This document shows, piece by piece, positions 1 through 7,635 of a DNA stretch of 12,432 nucleotides. Source of the DNA: a virus (Duplodnaviria > Heunggongvirae > Uroviricota > Caudoviricetes); IMG/VR virus record IMGVR_UViG_2909246061_000008; one strand, given 5' to 3'. Position numbers and translations under genes: made by a program. Below the pieces are notes generated by a model. That model was not told the origin of the DNA. It did not search any database and saw only the letters and a program-made list of their open reading frames with translations. Positions within the stretch are counted from its first letter, which is position 1. Every line of letters begins with the position of its first letter.

Positions 1-411
1 ATGCCTGCCCCCGTCGTCCTGATCCTTGCGGCCGGGCGTGGAGAGCGCTTTCTCGCCTCCGGGGGAAATACCCATAAGTGTATCGGCTGGCGTCAGTCCC
101 CGGAGGTTGCGCCTTATCGCTGGCCATTTGAAGAAAACGGGAGAACTTTCGACCTTGCGATTGAACCGCAGATTACGACTAATGATCTGCGTCTGATGTT
201 GAGGCTGGCTCTTGCCGGCGGAGGAATAACAATTGCCACTCAGGAAACTTTCAGGCCATATATTGAAAGCGGTAAGCTTGTATCGCTGCTTGATGACTTT
301 CTTCCACAATTTCCGGGCTTCTATCTGTATTTCCCACAGCGTCGCAATATTGCACCAAAGCTCCGCGCCCTGATTGATTACGTCAAAGAATGGCGGCAGC
401 AATTGGCTTAA
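1..411 (+). CDS. LysR-family transcriptional regulator, C-terminal (effector-binding) portion; probably 5'-partial at the window edge
   Basis: ORF runs from base 1 to a stop at 409-411. The C-terminal pattern (FDLAIEPQITTNDLRLMLRLALAGGGITIATQETFRPYIESGKLVSLLDDF...) matches the typical end of a LysR substrate-binding domain. No helix-turn-helix N-terminus is present, so the gene most likely begins upstream of the window. G+C is host-like. Confidence 0.6.
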   Translation: MPAPVVLILAAGRGERFLASGGNTHKCIGWRQSPEVAPYRWPFEENGRTFDLAIEPQITTNDLRLMLRLALAGGGITIATQETFRPYIESGKLVSLLDDFLPQFPGFYLYFPQRRNIAPKLRALIDYVKEWRQQLA

Positions 412-670
412 ATGTCTGCACCTGCACTGCCTGATGTCAGAACAGTATTTTGATGAATTGCCAAGGTTACAATGGCACAAATACGGCACAGGAGGAAACG
501 TGGTGTATTTAAATATGGGGTAACTCTTTGATTTTAATGGTGCGATAATAGGAGTGAATATTACAAGCTAACACATTGATTTGTAATACATTATAATATT
601 CAAAAAATATAACTATACACATATCTATACACACTGCGTGTGTCGCTTGTTTTTCGCACAATTAAAAATA

Positions 671-795
671 AGAAAAAAAATTTTTTTCGAAAGAACTGTT
701 CACACTGTTCACCTTTCTGTTTTCTCCTTTTATTTCAGAGTGATAGGTGGTGAATAATGGGTGAAGGGTGAACATTCGATTCTTCACCTCCGGCA
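671..795. repeat. crr-like direct repeat, copy 1
   Basis: Aligns by eye with copy 2 at roughly 85-90% identity; contains three TGTTCACC-type octamers in both orientations. Confidence 0.7.
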
Positions 796-851
796 TTCTG
801 CCGGTGTGACTCATACCGGTGATTAATCCCCCGTACTGAAATCACTCAGGA

Positions 852-975
852 AGAAAAAAGTTTTTTTTGATTTGATTGTTCACACTGTTCACCTTTCGTT
901 TTTCTCTTTTAATTTCAGTATGATAACGGGTGAATATACGGTGAAGGGTGAACAGTGGATTGTTCACCTGCGGGG
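852..975. repeat. crr-like direct repeat, copy 2
   Basis: Aligns with copy 1; contains TGTTCACC at 886-893 and 961-968 and GGTGAACA at 947-954. Confidence 0.7.
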
Positions 976-986
976 GATATCGGGAT

Positions 987-1011
987 AAAAAAAGACCGGC
1001 AGATGCCGGTC
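987..1011 (-). terminator. Rho-independent terminator downstream of the alpha-like gene
   Basis: Stem GACCGGC (994-1000) pairs with GCCGGTC (1005-1011) around a 4-nt loop. On the minus strand the hairpin is followed by a T7 run (plus-strand A-run 987-993). It sits 17 bp past the alpha-like stop at 1028. Confidence 0.6.
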
Positions 1012-1027
1012 AGGTGGGTCATGAGGG

Positions 1028-2674
1028 TCAGGTTGTTGCAGGGTCGTCACATTTTGGCAGCCAGTCGCCGTAGCTTTCCTCTTTCAGCGTCAGGTTGGTC
1101 TGTATCCCCTGTTTGGTATGGCGCTTCTCGTAATTCAGTCCGTATTCCTTCAGCATCACCGGCAGCCCCAGCCCGAACATTTTCAGACTGAGTACATTCC
1201 GGTAGCCGTTTGCCTCCATGTAGGCCAGATAGGCGTGATAGAGGTATTTACGGTAATTACGCGGGATGATACTGGCGTTCCCCATATACATGCCGCTGGT
1301 CTGCGGCAGGGTTTCCAGATAGCCGATAAAATCAAACGTCGGGTCGGCATCCCGTTTGATGTTCAGCGCCTCGTCTGAGTTCTGCTGGGACTGAAGCAGT
1401 GACCGGGCGAGCATCGGGTCGCTGAACTTCTGCATCAGGTGACGCACGATGACCGCCAGCTCGCGGGTGATTTTGTCCTTAAGCTGCGGGTCGCGCTCCT
1501 GCGGGGCTATCTGTTCCGGGAAGTGAATAATCACCCGCCGGCGTGACACGCCGCCGCTGCGGTCGGTGAAGCGCATCGGGTTATTGTTCACGGCCAGAAT
1601 TACCGCCGGGATATGCGTGGAGTACGCATCCCGGTATTTCGGGTCCACGGACACCGCATCGCCGCCGGTGATGGCCTTGAGTCCGGCACCGTCGCCGCTC
1701 CATTTTTCCTGGTCCGGCAGGCGTATCAGTGAGAAGCCAGTTAACGCGGCACGTTCACGCGGGGATTCCAGCGTCTCGATGGTGGCCGACGTGGCGTTAT
1801 CCTCCCCGGCCAGCAGGGTGGCTATTTCGGCCATGATACTTTTGCCGCTGCCGCCGGGACCGGTCACCTCCAGAAAGAGCTGCCAGTCGTAGCGGTTTGC
1901 CAGCACCATAAACAGTGCGGCCAGAATCACGTCGCGTTTTTCCGCACGGCCACCGGCGGCACGGTCAAGCCAGCGCCAGAACGCGGGGGCGTGGGTTTCC
2001 AGCGTTTCCCCTTCCACCGGCGGGGTGAAATCCACATCGCACAGGGTGCGCATCCAGTGTGACGGACTGTGCGGGTGGAACGTGCCGTTCTGCGTGTCGA
2101 GCACGCCGTTACGAAAGCCAATCAGGCGGCGGGAGGGGGCTTCCTGCTGCGGAATAATCAGCTTCAGGGTGTCCACCACGGAGGCCACCTTCCCGGAGGA
2201 GAACGGCGCACGCAGCCGCTGAAACAGCCCGGCCACATCCCGGGCAAAGTCCTGTGGCGGCAGCACCTTCCAGACACCATTTTCATAGCGGGACAGAAGC
2301 TGGCCGTTGGCATCGACCGCGAGCGCCTCGCCGTAATGCTCATAGATACGCATGGCCTTTTCGCTGGTACTCATGGCGGAAAACTCCGCTTCGCTCATGG
2401 TGTCGAACGGGCTTTCAGCCGGTGGCCGGATGGCATCATAAATGGCCTTACGGGTGGCTTCCCCGCCGTACTGCGTGAAGGCATCATTCCAGTCACCGAA
2501 GACCGGCGGCAGGGCAACAACACCCTCACACGCATCTGCGGCTGCGGCGGCTTTTTTCTGGCCGTCACCGCTGAGGTCACGGTCTGCGGCAAGGACAATC
2601 TGACAGGCCGGATGCTTCTGCCGGGCAAGGCTGGCCAGAGAAAGGAGGTTCACGGAAGAAAGCGCCACCATCAC
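1028..2674 (-). CDS. P4 alpha-like primase/helicase, N-terminally truncated (TOPRIM remnant + SF3 helicase + C-terminal domain); possibly a pseudogene
   Basis: 548-aa ORF with a TOPRIM-like LAADRD motif near its start, Walker A GPGGSGKS, and an SF3-type motif C (ILAVNNNP). The reading frame stays open upstream to a stop at 2759-2761 (about 28 more codons) without reaching a primase N-terminal domain or a convincing start; the annotated start is GTG/ATG at 2674/2671. High G+C (~60%+). Adjacent to TGTTCACC iterons. Confidence 0.75.
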   Translation of the reverse strand: MMVALSSVNLLSLASLARQKHPACQIVLAADRDLSGDGQKKAAAAADACEGVVALPPVFGDWNDAFTQYGGEATRKAIYDAIRPPAESPFDTMSEAEFSAMSTSEKAMRIYEHYGEALAVDANGQLLSRYENGVWKVLPPQDFARDVAGLFQRLRAPFSSGKVASVVDTLKLIIPQQEAPSRRLIGFRNGVLDTQNGTFHPHSPSHWMRTLCDVDFTPPVEGETLETHAPAFWRWLDRAAGGRAEKRDVILAALFMVLANRYDWQLFLEVTGPGGSGKSIMAEIATLLAGEDNATSATIETLESPRERAALTGFSLIRLPDQEKWSGDGAGLKAITGGDAVSVDPKYRDAYSTHIPAVILAVNNNPMRFTDRSGGVSRRRVIIHFPEQIAPQERDPQLKDKITRELAVIVRHLMQKFSDPMLARSLLQSQQNSDEALNIKRDADPTFDFIGYLETLPQTSGMYMGNASIIPRNYRKYLYHAYLAYMEANGYRNVLSLKMFGLGLPVMLKEYGLNYEKRHTKQGIQTNLTLKEESYGDWLPKCDDPATT

Positions 2675-2895
2675 CGTTTCACCGGTCAGGTGATGTACGG
2701 TACCATAACTGTAGTGAATGTCTGTTATGAGCGAGGGGCGGAAGTTCGGAATGCATACTTACTTCGATGTGTGTTAAGCAATGGGGGCAGGTCGGCAATT
2801 TATTGTAAAAGCGATAACACTAACAGCATTAGTGAAGAGGCTAAAGATTTGTTTAGAACCCGCCCCCTTAAGAGGCGGTATTCTTGGCAAACATT

Positions 2896-5800
2896 TTATT
2901 TACTGTTTATCAATTGCAATAATGGGATCTCAGCTACATCACTAGGAATATAGGGGTCATCTTCTTTTAAATTAACCCCAATACAATCAACATCATTTAA
3001 CCCAATTTCCCAAGCCCACCTAACATCTAACGTACTCATTTCTATCCCTAAACTATCTCTTTGTGGATGCTCAGGAACAATATTTTTTAACATCGCATCA
3101 CATCCAAGATAGAATTTTCCACAGGCCTGATACGCAGCAAGAAATCTTTCTAAATTGACGTTACTATCAGGAGTCATCGTATTAATTCTACTGATCATTG
3201 TCATTCTTTTAGTTAATGGCGTTGTCATCATATTTTCAGATATCAGCACTCTATAATGATTTGGGTTTTTAACTGAAATACCCTTGACAATACAAACCCG
3301 TAATCTGGCTTTACTATCTACCAAGCCTACTGATGATATAAGATCTTTAAAAATATCCTCACCTATATTGGGGTGTTTAAATAATAGATATAACCCTGGA
3401 TAACACGATTTTAATTGAGCGAAGCCTACTCCTTGCCAGCGTGTTCTATCCCATAGACGAGGCTTGATTAGACTTTGTATTGAATAATCTTTATGCGTTA
3501 TATTTTCGGAATTAAGTTCCTCTTCAGGCATTATTCCTTTACCAGGTGTTGGAACATTTACATCCTCGATCTCCAACACTTTCGGAAATTCACTATCCCA
3601 GGGTTTATCTCTTAAAAGAGGGTAAGTTTTCTTTTCAGCACTGGTGGAATAAATTTTCTTAATTTGTTGATCAATATCATTTCCAAGAACATTTTCAATA
3701 GCTTTGATACAGGCACCGAAACTAATTGCTCTGTCAAATGCAGCATCTTCGAATATCATTCTTTCAATGTATTCTGTATTTTTTGTAAAAAATAACTCAG
3801 GGAGAAGATCAAATACTATTTTCTTGAATTCATTAGTAATTTTTTGTTGAGCATCGACTCTAAATGAACTTGTTTCAAAACCATTGCAATTTATAGTAAG
3901 GTTTAGTTTTCCATTATTGCTATTTATTTCATGTGATAAGGAGAAGTCATCTTCATCATCTGCTATTACTTCAATAATTAAAAATGCTTCTTTCAGATGG
4001 ATGTTATCAATCGTACAAGTTGCAAAAGCACTCTCTAAAAGCGCTAAGATACTAGTTGAAAACTCTATAAATGGTGACCGATTCGGAAAGTTAATTTCTA
4101 TAGTGCATCCAAAAATAAAAGATGTATATATTCCTCGTTTATCATAGTTATCTTTTATGCCTTTACTATTGAATCCAGCATCAAAGTCACGTATTTCTTG
4201 CAAGAAATCATTATGATCTTTATCGGCAGTAACTTCATACTCATGTTCAAAATTTTCAATATAACCTAAAGCATATTTAAGACATCCAGATGATACAAAA
4301 AGACCTAATCTATCGAGTTCATCGGGAATATTACTCTGTCGATTTATTCCATTTAGGTCAGTGTTCAAAATGAGTTGACTTATGTAAAAATCAACTTGCT
4401 GATTTTCTTTATCGCCGAACGAACTTTCACTGATATTTTGGTTAATTATTAAAAACAGTTCATACCATAAAAGAGCATGTGCTAATTTCCCTAGTTTTAT
4501 TTCTGCCAGGCATAAACTATAATAAATCTCAGCCTGCTTTAATGATATCTCATCATACTTCCAGTAGTTATCTGTAATCAAAGAAGCGGATAGAAGCAAG
4601 CATGAACGTGAACTCCATAGCAACCCAATGGATTCGTAAGCATAAGCAATAGCTTTTAATGCTAATATAAATTTATCTCGTGATTCCTCTTTATAGAGTG
4701 GTATAAATGATTTTCCTAAATACTTGATTGCCTGATAAGGGTGACCATTTTGAATCCTCTTTATACCTCTTCGTAGATTTAATAATGCCCCTTTAACTTC
4801 ACCACCTCTAACAGCAGATTGCTCAGTCATATAGTCTAATAAATTTTCATATGCATCTACCTCGAAAAAAATGTCATCCAGTTCGTTCAAAAGTTGGAAG
4901 TTCTTCTCAAAGGAATAGCCTATTAAATTCCCACTATTTTTAAAAATTTCATGTAACTCTTCAAATACAACCGAAGCATCTTCTACATCTGAAAACGTTG
5001 TCAATTTATAAATAGCTTTGTGAGTTCTCGCTGTGAGTGCATTACTGGGACGTGATTCATCGTCAGCTATCTCATCTAGTTTAGCGAGCATGTTACGTTC
5101 AATATTCTCAATATCGATTGTAGATGTTGCGTTGTTAAGTCTAATATAACTTTTATGAACGGTTACTAAATTTAAAACTTTCTCCCATTTTGAGGAATTA
5201 GTTGATGATGCAATACTTTCATATGCAAATTGAAGATTTTCTTCAAAGAGATTAAAATCTTCCATCCAAAAATGAGACTTCCAGGCATATTGATAATACG
5301 CATCTAGCAATTGTTGATTAGTCCCGAATTTCTTTGATATTTTTATAGCTCTTTCAAATAGACCTTGTGTTTCAATTAGTGGTTTCTCAAGTTCAGCGCT
5401 TAACTCTGCAATTTCTAAAAAAATATCCACCTGTTCATATGAAATTTCAGCAGGGTTTATTTTCTCTCTAATATACTCGGTTAACTCTTCATATTTTTTA
5501 TGCTTTTTATAATCATTTTCTCCAAAAATAACTTCTCTTTTATATTGCGTTGGAACTGACAATGAATCAATGGCCAATTGCTCAAAATTATTTTTGTAAA
5601 TTTGATCTAATAGCCAATTAATATCTAATATACGAACATCTATTCCAGTTTTTGTTTTTAGTGTATCCTCAACCTCTGAACGAATATTGGACTTTGCAGA
5701 CTGGTTCGTTACGCAAAATACTTTAGCATACCCACGTTCTGTTTCTTTTATCTTAAGTACATCTTCATGGCATTTTTTCTTCCAGTCTTTACGTGTACTT

Positions 5801-6147
5801 ACCGCAAAGGCCCAGCGTTCTCTATTTGATGCTTCATTAACGCCTTCGAACCAAAGAAGCTTATTCTGTTCTGAAACAGGGAATGTTTGTGTGTCAGTTT
5901 TACCATCCCCCCCTGCTACAGGGCCAGTTTGTTCAAGGAGATTAGGGCAAATTATTTTTTCACATATTTTTTTTGCAAAATCTTCGAATTGTAGTTCTTG
6001 ATTTCTTGTATTTAGCGTAGAGAGGAAGTGTTCCAGTACAACTCTGTCTAAAGTACCAGTCTCTCTGATTGTTGAATCAGAAAATTTTTCAGGGCGACGG
6101 CGCCTTAGAAATTCTTTAGATGAAAATTTGGTTTTCTGTACATTCAT
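2896..6147 (-). CDS. Large hypothetical protein (1083 aa) encoded in a low-G+C cargo block; function unknown, candidate stand-alone defence/abortive-infection protein
   Basis: Single uninterrupted 3252-nt ORF. G+C is about 30-35% against ~55-65% in the flanks. A GAGGAG Shine-Dalgarno lies ~10 nt upstream of the ATG at 6147-6145, which overlaps the stop of the truncated stf (ATGA). Composition is Lys/Glu/Asn/Ile/Phe-rich, with helical repeat-like stretches in the middle. No Walker A (GxxxxGK[ST]) was found. The N-terminus carries GPVAGGDGKTD (aa 75-85), weakly reminiscent of an Mrr-type nuclease motif. Confidence 0.8.
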   Translation of the reverse strand: MNVQKTKFSSKEFLRRRRPEKFSDSTIRETGTLDRVVLEHFLSTLNTRNQELQFEDFAKKICEKIICPNLLEQTGPVAGGDGKTDTQTFPVSEQNKLLWFEGVNEASNRERWAFAVSTRKDWKKKCHEDVLKIKETERGYAKVFCVTNQSAKSNIRSEVEDTLKTKTGIDVRILDINWLLDQIYKNNFEQLAIDSLSVPTQYKREVIFGENDYKKHKKYEELTEYIREKINPAEISYEQVDIFLEIAELSAELEKPLIETQGLFERAIKISKKFGTNQQLLDAYYQYAWKSHFWMEDFNLFEENLQFAYESIASSTNSSKWEKVLNLVTVHKSYIRLNNATSTIDIENIERNMLAKLDEIADDESRPSNALTARTHKAIYKLTTFSDVEDASVVFEELHEIFKNSGNLIGYSFEKNFQLLNELDDIFFEVDAYENLLDYMTEQSAVRGGEVKGALLNLRRGIKRIQNGHPYQAIKYLGKSFIPLYKEESRDKFILALKAIAYAYESIGLLWSSRSCLLLSASLITDNYWKYDEISLKQAEIYYSLCLAEIKLGKLAHALLWYELFLIINQNISESSFGDKENQQVDFYISQLILNTDLNGINRQSNIPDELDRLGLFVSSGCLKYALGYIENFEHEYEVTADKDHNDFLQEIRDFDAGFNSKGIKDNYDKRGIYTSFIFGCTIEINFPNRSPFIEFSTSILALLESAFATCTIDNIHLKEAFLIIEVIADDEDDFSLSHEINSNNGKLNLTINCNGFETSSFRVDAQQKITNEFKKIVFDLLPELFFTKNTEYIERMIFEDAAFDRAISFGACIKAIENVLGNDIDQQIKKIYSTSAEKKTYPLLRDKPWDSEFPKVLEIEDVNVPTPGKGIMPEEELNSENITHKDYSIQSLIKPRLWDRTRWQGVGFAQLKSCYPGLYLLFKHPNIGEDIFKDLISSVGLVDSKARLRVCIVKGISVKNPNHYRVLISENMMTTPLTKRMTMISRINTMTPDSNVNLERFLAAYQACGKFYLGCDAMLKNIVPEHPQRDSLGIEMSTLDVRWAWEIGLNDVDCIGVNLKEDDPYIPSDVAEIPLLQLINSK

Positions 6148-7571
6148 GATTTTGACGCTCCTCTTGCTATCCCCTTTTTCGTCGTACTTGCATCCTCAAG
6201 CGCCACGGCGGATGCAATATCCTCTGCCCGTTTTGCCGCTGTCTCGGCGCGCGTTGCCGCGGATTCCGCCGTACTTTTGCTCTGTGCTGCCGCCGTCGCA
6301 CTGCCAGCTGCCTCTGTCGCCTTCGTGGATGCTGTCGTGGCGCTGCCCTTCGCTGCGGACGCTTGTCTGGTCGCCTCATCTTTTGAAGCAGACGCCGATG
6401 ATGCCGATGACGCCGCCGAACTGGCGGACGATGCCGCTGCCGTTTTTGAGGATTCTGCGCTGGTTTCCGACGCTTTCGCGTTCGTCTCGGATGTCTTCGC
6501 TGCGGAAGCAGACCTCGCTGCTGCGCTGGCCTGTTCAGTGGCTTCGCCAGCCTTCGTTGTGGCTGTTGAAGCAGACGATGCGGCACTTTCTGCCGATTTT
6601 CCGGCGGCGGTGGCACTGGCTGAGGCCTGCCCGGCACTTGTTGACGCGGCACTGGCAGACGACGCAGCCGCTGTTTTTGAGCCTGCCGCAGCCGAGGCGC
6701 TCTGTCCCGCTGCCGTTTCAGAAGACCTGGCGTTTGTCTCAGACGTCTTTGCCGCCTTCGCGGAATTGCCTGCCGCCGTTGCCGAGGAAGCGGCACTACT
6801 GGCGCTTGATGATGCGTTCGTTTCTGATGATTTCGCTGCCTCTTTTGAGGCCGCCGCATCCCGGGCTGAGGTGGCTGCTTCTGACGCCTTCGTGGTCGCG
6901 GCGGATGCAGAAGTGGCTGCTGATTGTTGTGACGCTGCCGCATTCGTTTCTGACGTTTTCGCCGCACCGGCACTGGTAGCTGCCGCGCTTTTTGAGGACT
7001 CTGCAGCAGCAGCACTTTTCGATGCTTCACTGGCCTTTGTTGATGCCGTTCCTGCGCTGGAAGTCGCTGACTGAGCCGACGACGCGGCCTGTCCGGCTGA
7101 CGTGCTGGCTGCGCGTGCTGAGCCTGCAGCATCAGTCGCATGGGTTGCCGCCTCACGGGCTGATGTGCTGGCATCACTGGCTGACTTCTTCGCGGCTGCC
7201 GTGTTCTGTGCCACCACGGACGCGTTACGCGCCACCTCTTCCACCATCAGCTCAAAACGGCGCAGTGCCTCCGGACGGGCATCATCCTCCGTCATGGCAC
7301 CGAGAAAATCATTCAGCGTACCGGGTCGGGAATCTTCATACACGGTAATGGTCCCGGCATGTGACGGCGGGAATCCTTCCACCAACAGACTGACGCTGTA
7401 CTGACCGTACTCAACGTCCATACTGTAACGCCCGGCTTCATCCGGATTTTCTGAGGCCAGCGTATTCACCACCACCGTGGTGCTGTTACGTTTTGCTTTC
7501 AGCTGGATTGTGCAGTTCTGTACCGGTTTTCCTGTGCCGTCTTTCAGTACACCTGAAATCTTTACTGCCAT
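6144..7571 (-). CDS. stf: Lambdoid side tail fibre protein Stf, N-terminal fragment, C-terminally truncated with 7 novel terminal codons
   Basis: N-terminus MAVKISGVLKDGTGKPVQNCTIQLKA... matches my recollection of lambda Stf, followed by an Ala/Ser/Thr-rich low-complexity region. Similarity ends after ...EDASTTKKGI; the tail ARGASKS is encoded by the junction sequence. ATG at 7571-7569 is preceded by a GGGGTGA Shine-Dalgarno; the ORF track's longer form starts at GTG 7577. Confidence 0.8.
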   Translation of the reverse strand: MAVKISGVLKDGTGKPVQNCTIQLKAKRNSTTVVVNTLASENPDEAGRYSMDVEYGQYSVSLLVEGFPPSHAGTITVYEDSRPGTLNDFLGAMTEDDARPEALRRFELMVEEVARNASVVAQNTAAAKKSASDASTSAREAATHATDAAGSARAASTSAGQAASSAQSATSSAGTASTKASEASKSAAAAESSKSAAATSAGAAKTSETNAAASQQSAATSASAATTKASEAATSARDAAASKEAAKSSETNASSSASSAASSATAAGNSAKAAKTSETNARSSETAAGQSASAAAGSKTAAASSASAASTSAGQASASATAAGKSAESAASSASTATTKAGEATEQASAAARSASAAKTSETNAKASETSAESSKTAAASSASSAASSASSASASKDEATRQASAAKGSATTASTKATEAAGSATAAAQSKSTAESAATRAETAAKRAEDIASAVALEDASTTKKGIARGASKS

Positions 7572-7582
7572 ATTCACCCCAC

Positions 7583-7609
7583 AAAAAAGCCCGCCTGAAC
7601 CGGCGGGCT
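7583..7609 (-). terminator. Rho-independent terminator between lom and stf
   Basis: 8-bp GC-rich stem (AGCCCGCC 7588-7595 with GGCGGGCT 7602-7609) around a 6-nt loop. On the minus strand it is followed by a T6 run (plus-strand A-run 7583-7588). Confidence 0.55.
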
Positions 7610-7635
7610 GTCATAACACTGTGTTACCTGGCTAA

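Larger units (their letters stand above)
671..975. other. P4 crr-like cis replication region: two ~125-bp direct repeats with a ~181-bp period, each carrying type I iteron octamers
   Basis: Perfect TGTTCACC at 706-713, 886-893 and 961-968; perfect complement GGTGAACA at 767-774 and 947-954; one-mismatch variants at 697-704, 749-756, 781-788, 877-884 and 929-936. Each repeat opens with an A-tract/T-tract (671-688, 851-869) that could act as a bend or unwinding element. The region lies directly downstream of the alpha-like gene, as crr does in P4. Confidence 0.7.

Noticed and set aside
671-975. CRISPR array
   Set aside because: There are only two long (~125-bp) repeat copies with a ~181-bp period and internal octamer iterons. 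There is no series of short repeats with unique spacers and no cas genes.
1-1000. tRNA gene or att site marking satellite integration
   Set aside because: I found no tRNA-like acceptor or T-loop signature by inspection and no integrase gene. Absence by eye is not proof.
2830-2870. Terminator for the large gene (hairpin CCGCC...GGCGG near 2842-2862)
   Set aside because: The stem is short with a 9-nt loop and has no U-tract on the minus strand, so it is too weak to call.
955-2953. Shadow ORFs overlapping the alpha-like gene (955-1191 +, 1118-1378 +, 1566-1892 +, 1927-2121 -, 2025-2222 +, 2069-2953 +, 2254-2478 +, 2395-2628 -)
   Set aside because: They lie antisense or out of frame to a gene with clear helicase motifs in high-G+C DNA, and none has a recognisable motif or start context.
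3884-6001. Small plus-strand ORFs inside the large gene (3884-4147, 5687-6001)
   Set aside because: They lie antisense within a long uninterrupted ORF, are themselves AT-rich and low-complexity, and have no start context.
2896-6147. STAND/Avs-type NTPase or other P-loop ATPase in the 1083-aa protein
   Set aside because: I scanned every GK dipeptide and found no GxxxxGK[ST] Walker A motif, so a STAND-type architecture is not supported despite the size and helical repeats.
2896-6147. The large protein as a replacement distal tail fibre or receptor-binding protein, since it follows stf
   Set aside because: Its composition and predicted helical, Lys/Glu/Ile/Asn-rich character are unlike Gly/Ser/Thr-rich beta-structured fibre domains, and its G+C differs sharply from the tail genes. 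This is not excluded without a structure search.
6128-7404. Long ORFs in other frames over the stf region (6128-6979 +, 6167-7177 -, 6277-7074 +, 6992-7348 +, 7102-7404 +)
   Set aside because: They are by-products of GC-rich, low-complexity repetitive coding sequence. Their translations are Arg/Pro/Gln- or Ala-rich nonsense, whereas the 6144-7571 minus-strand frame gives a recognisable Stf N-terminus.
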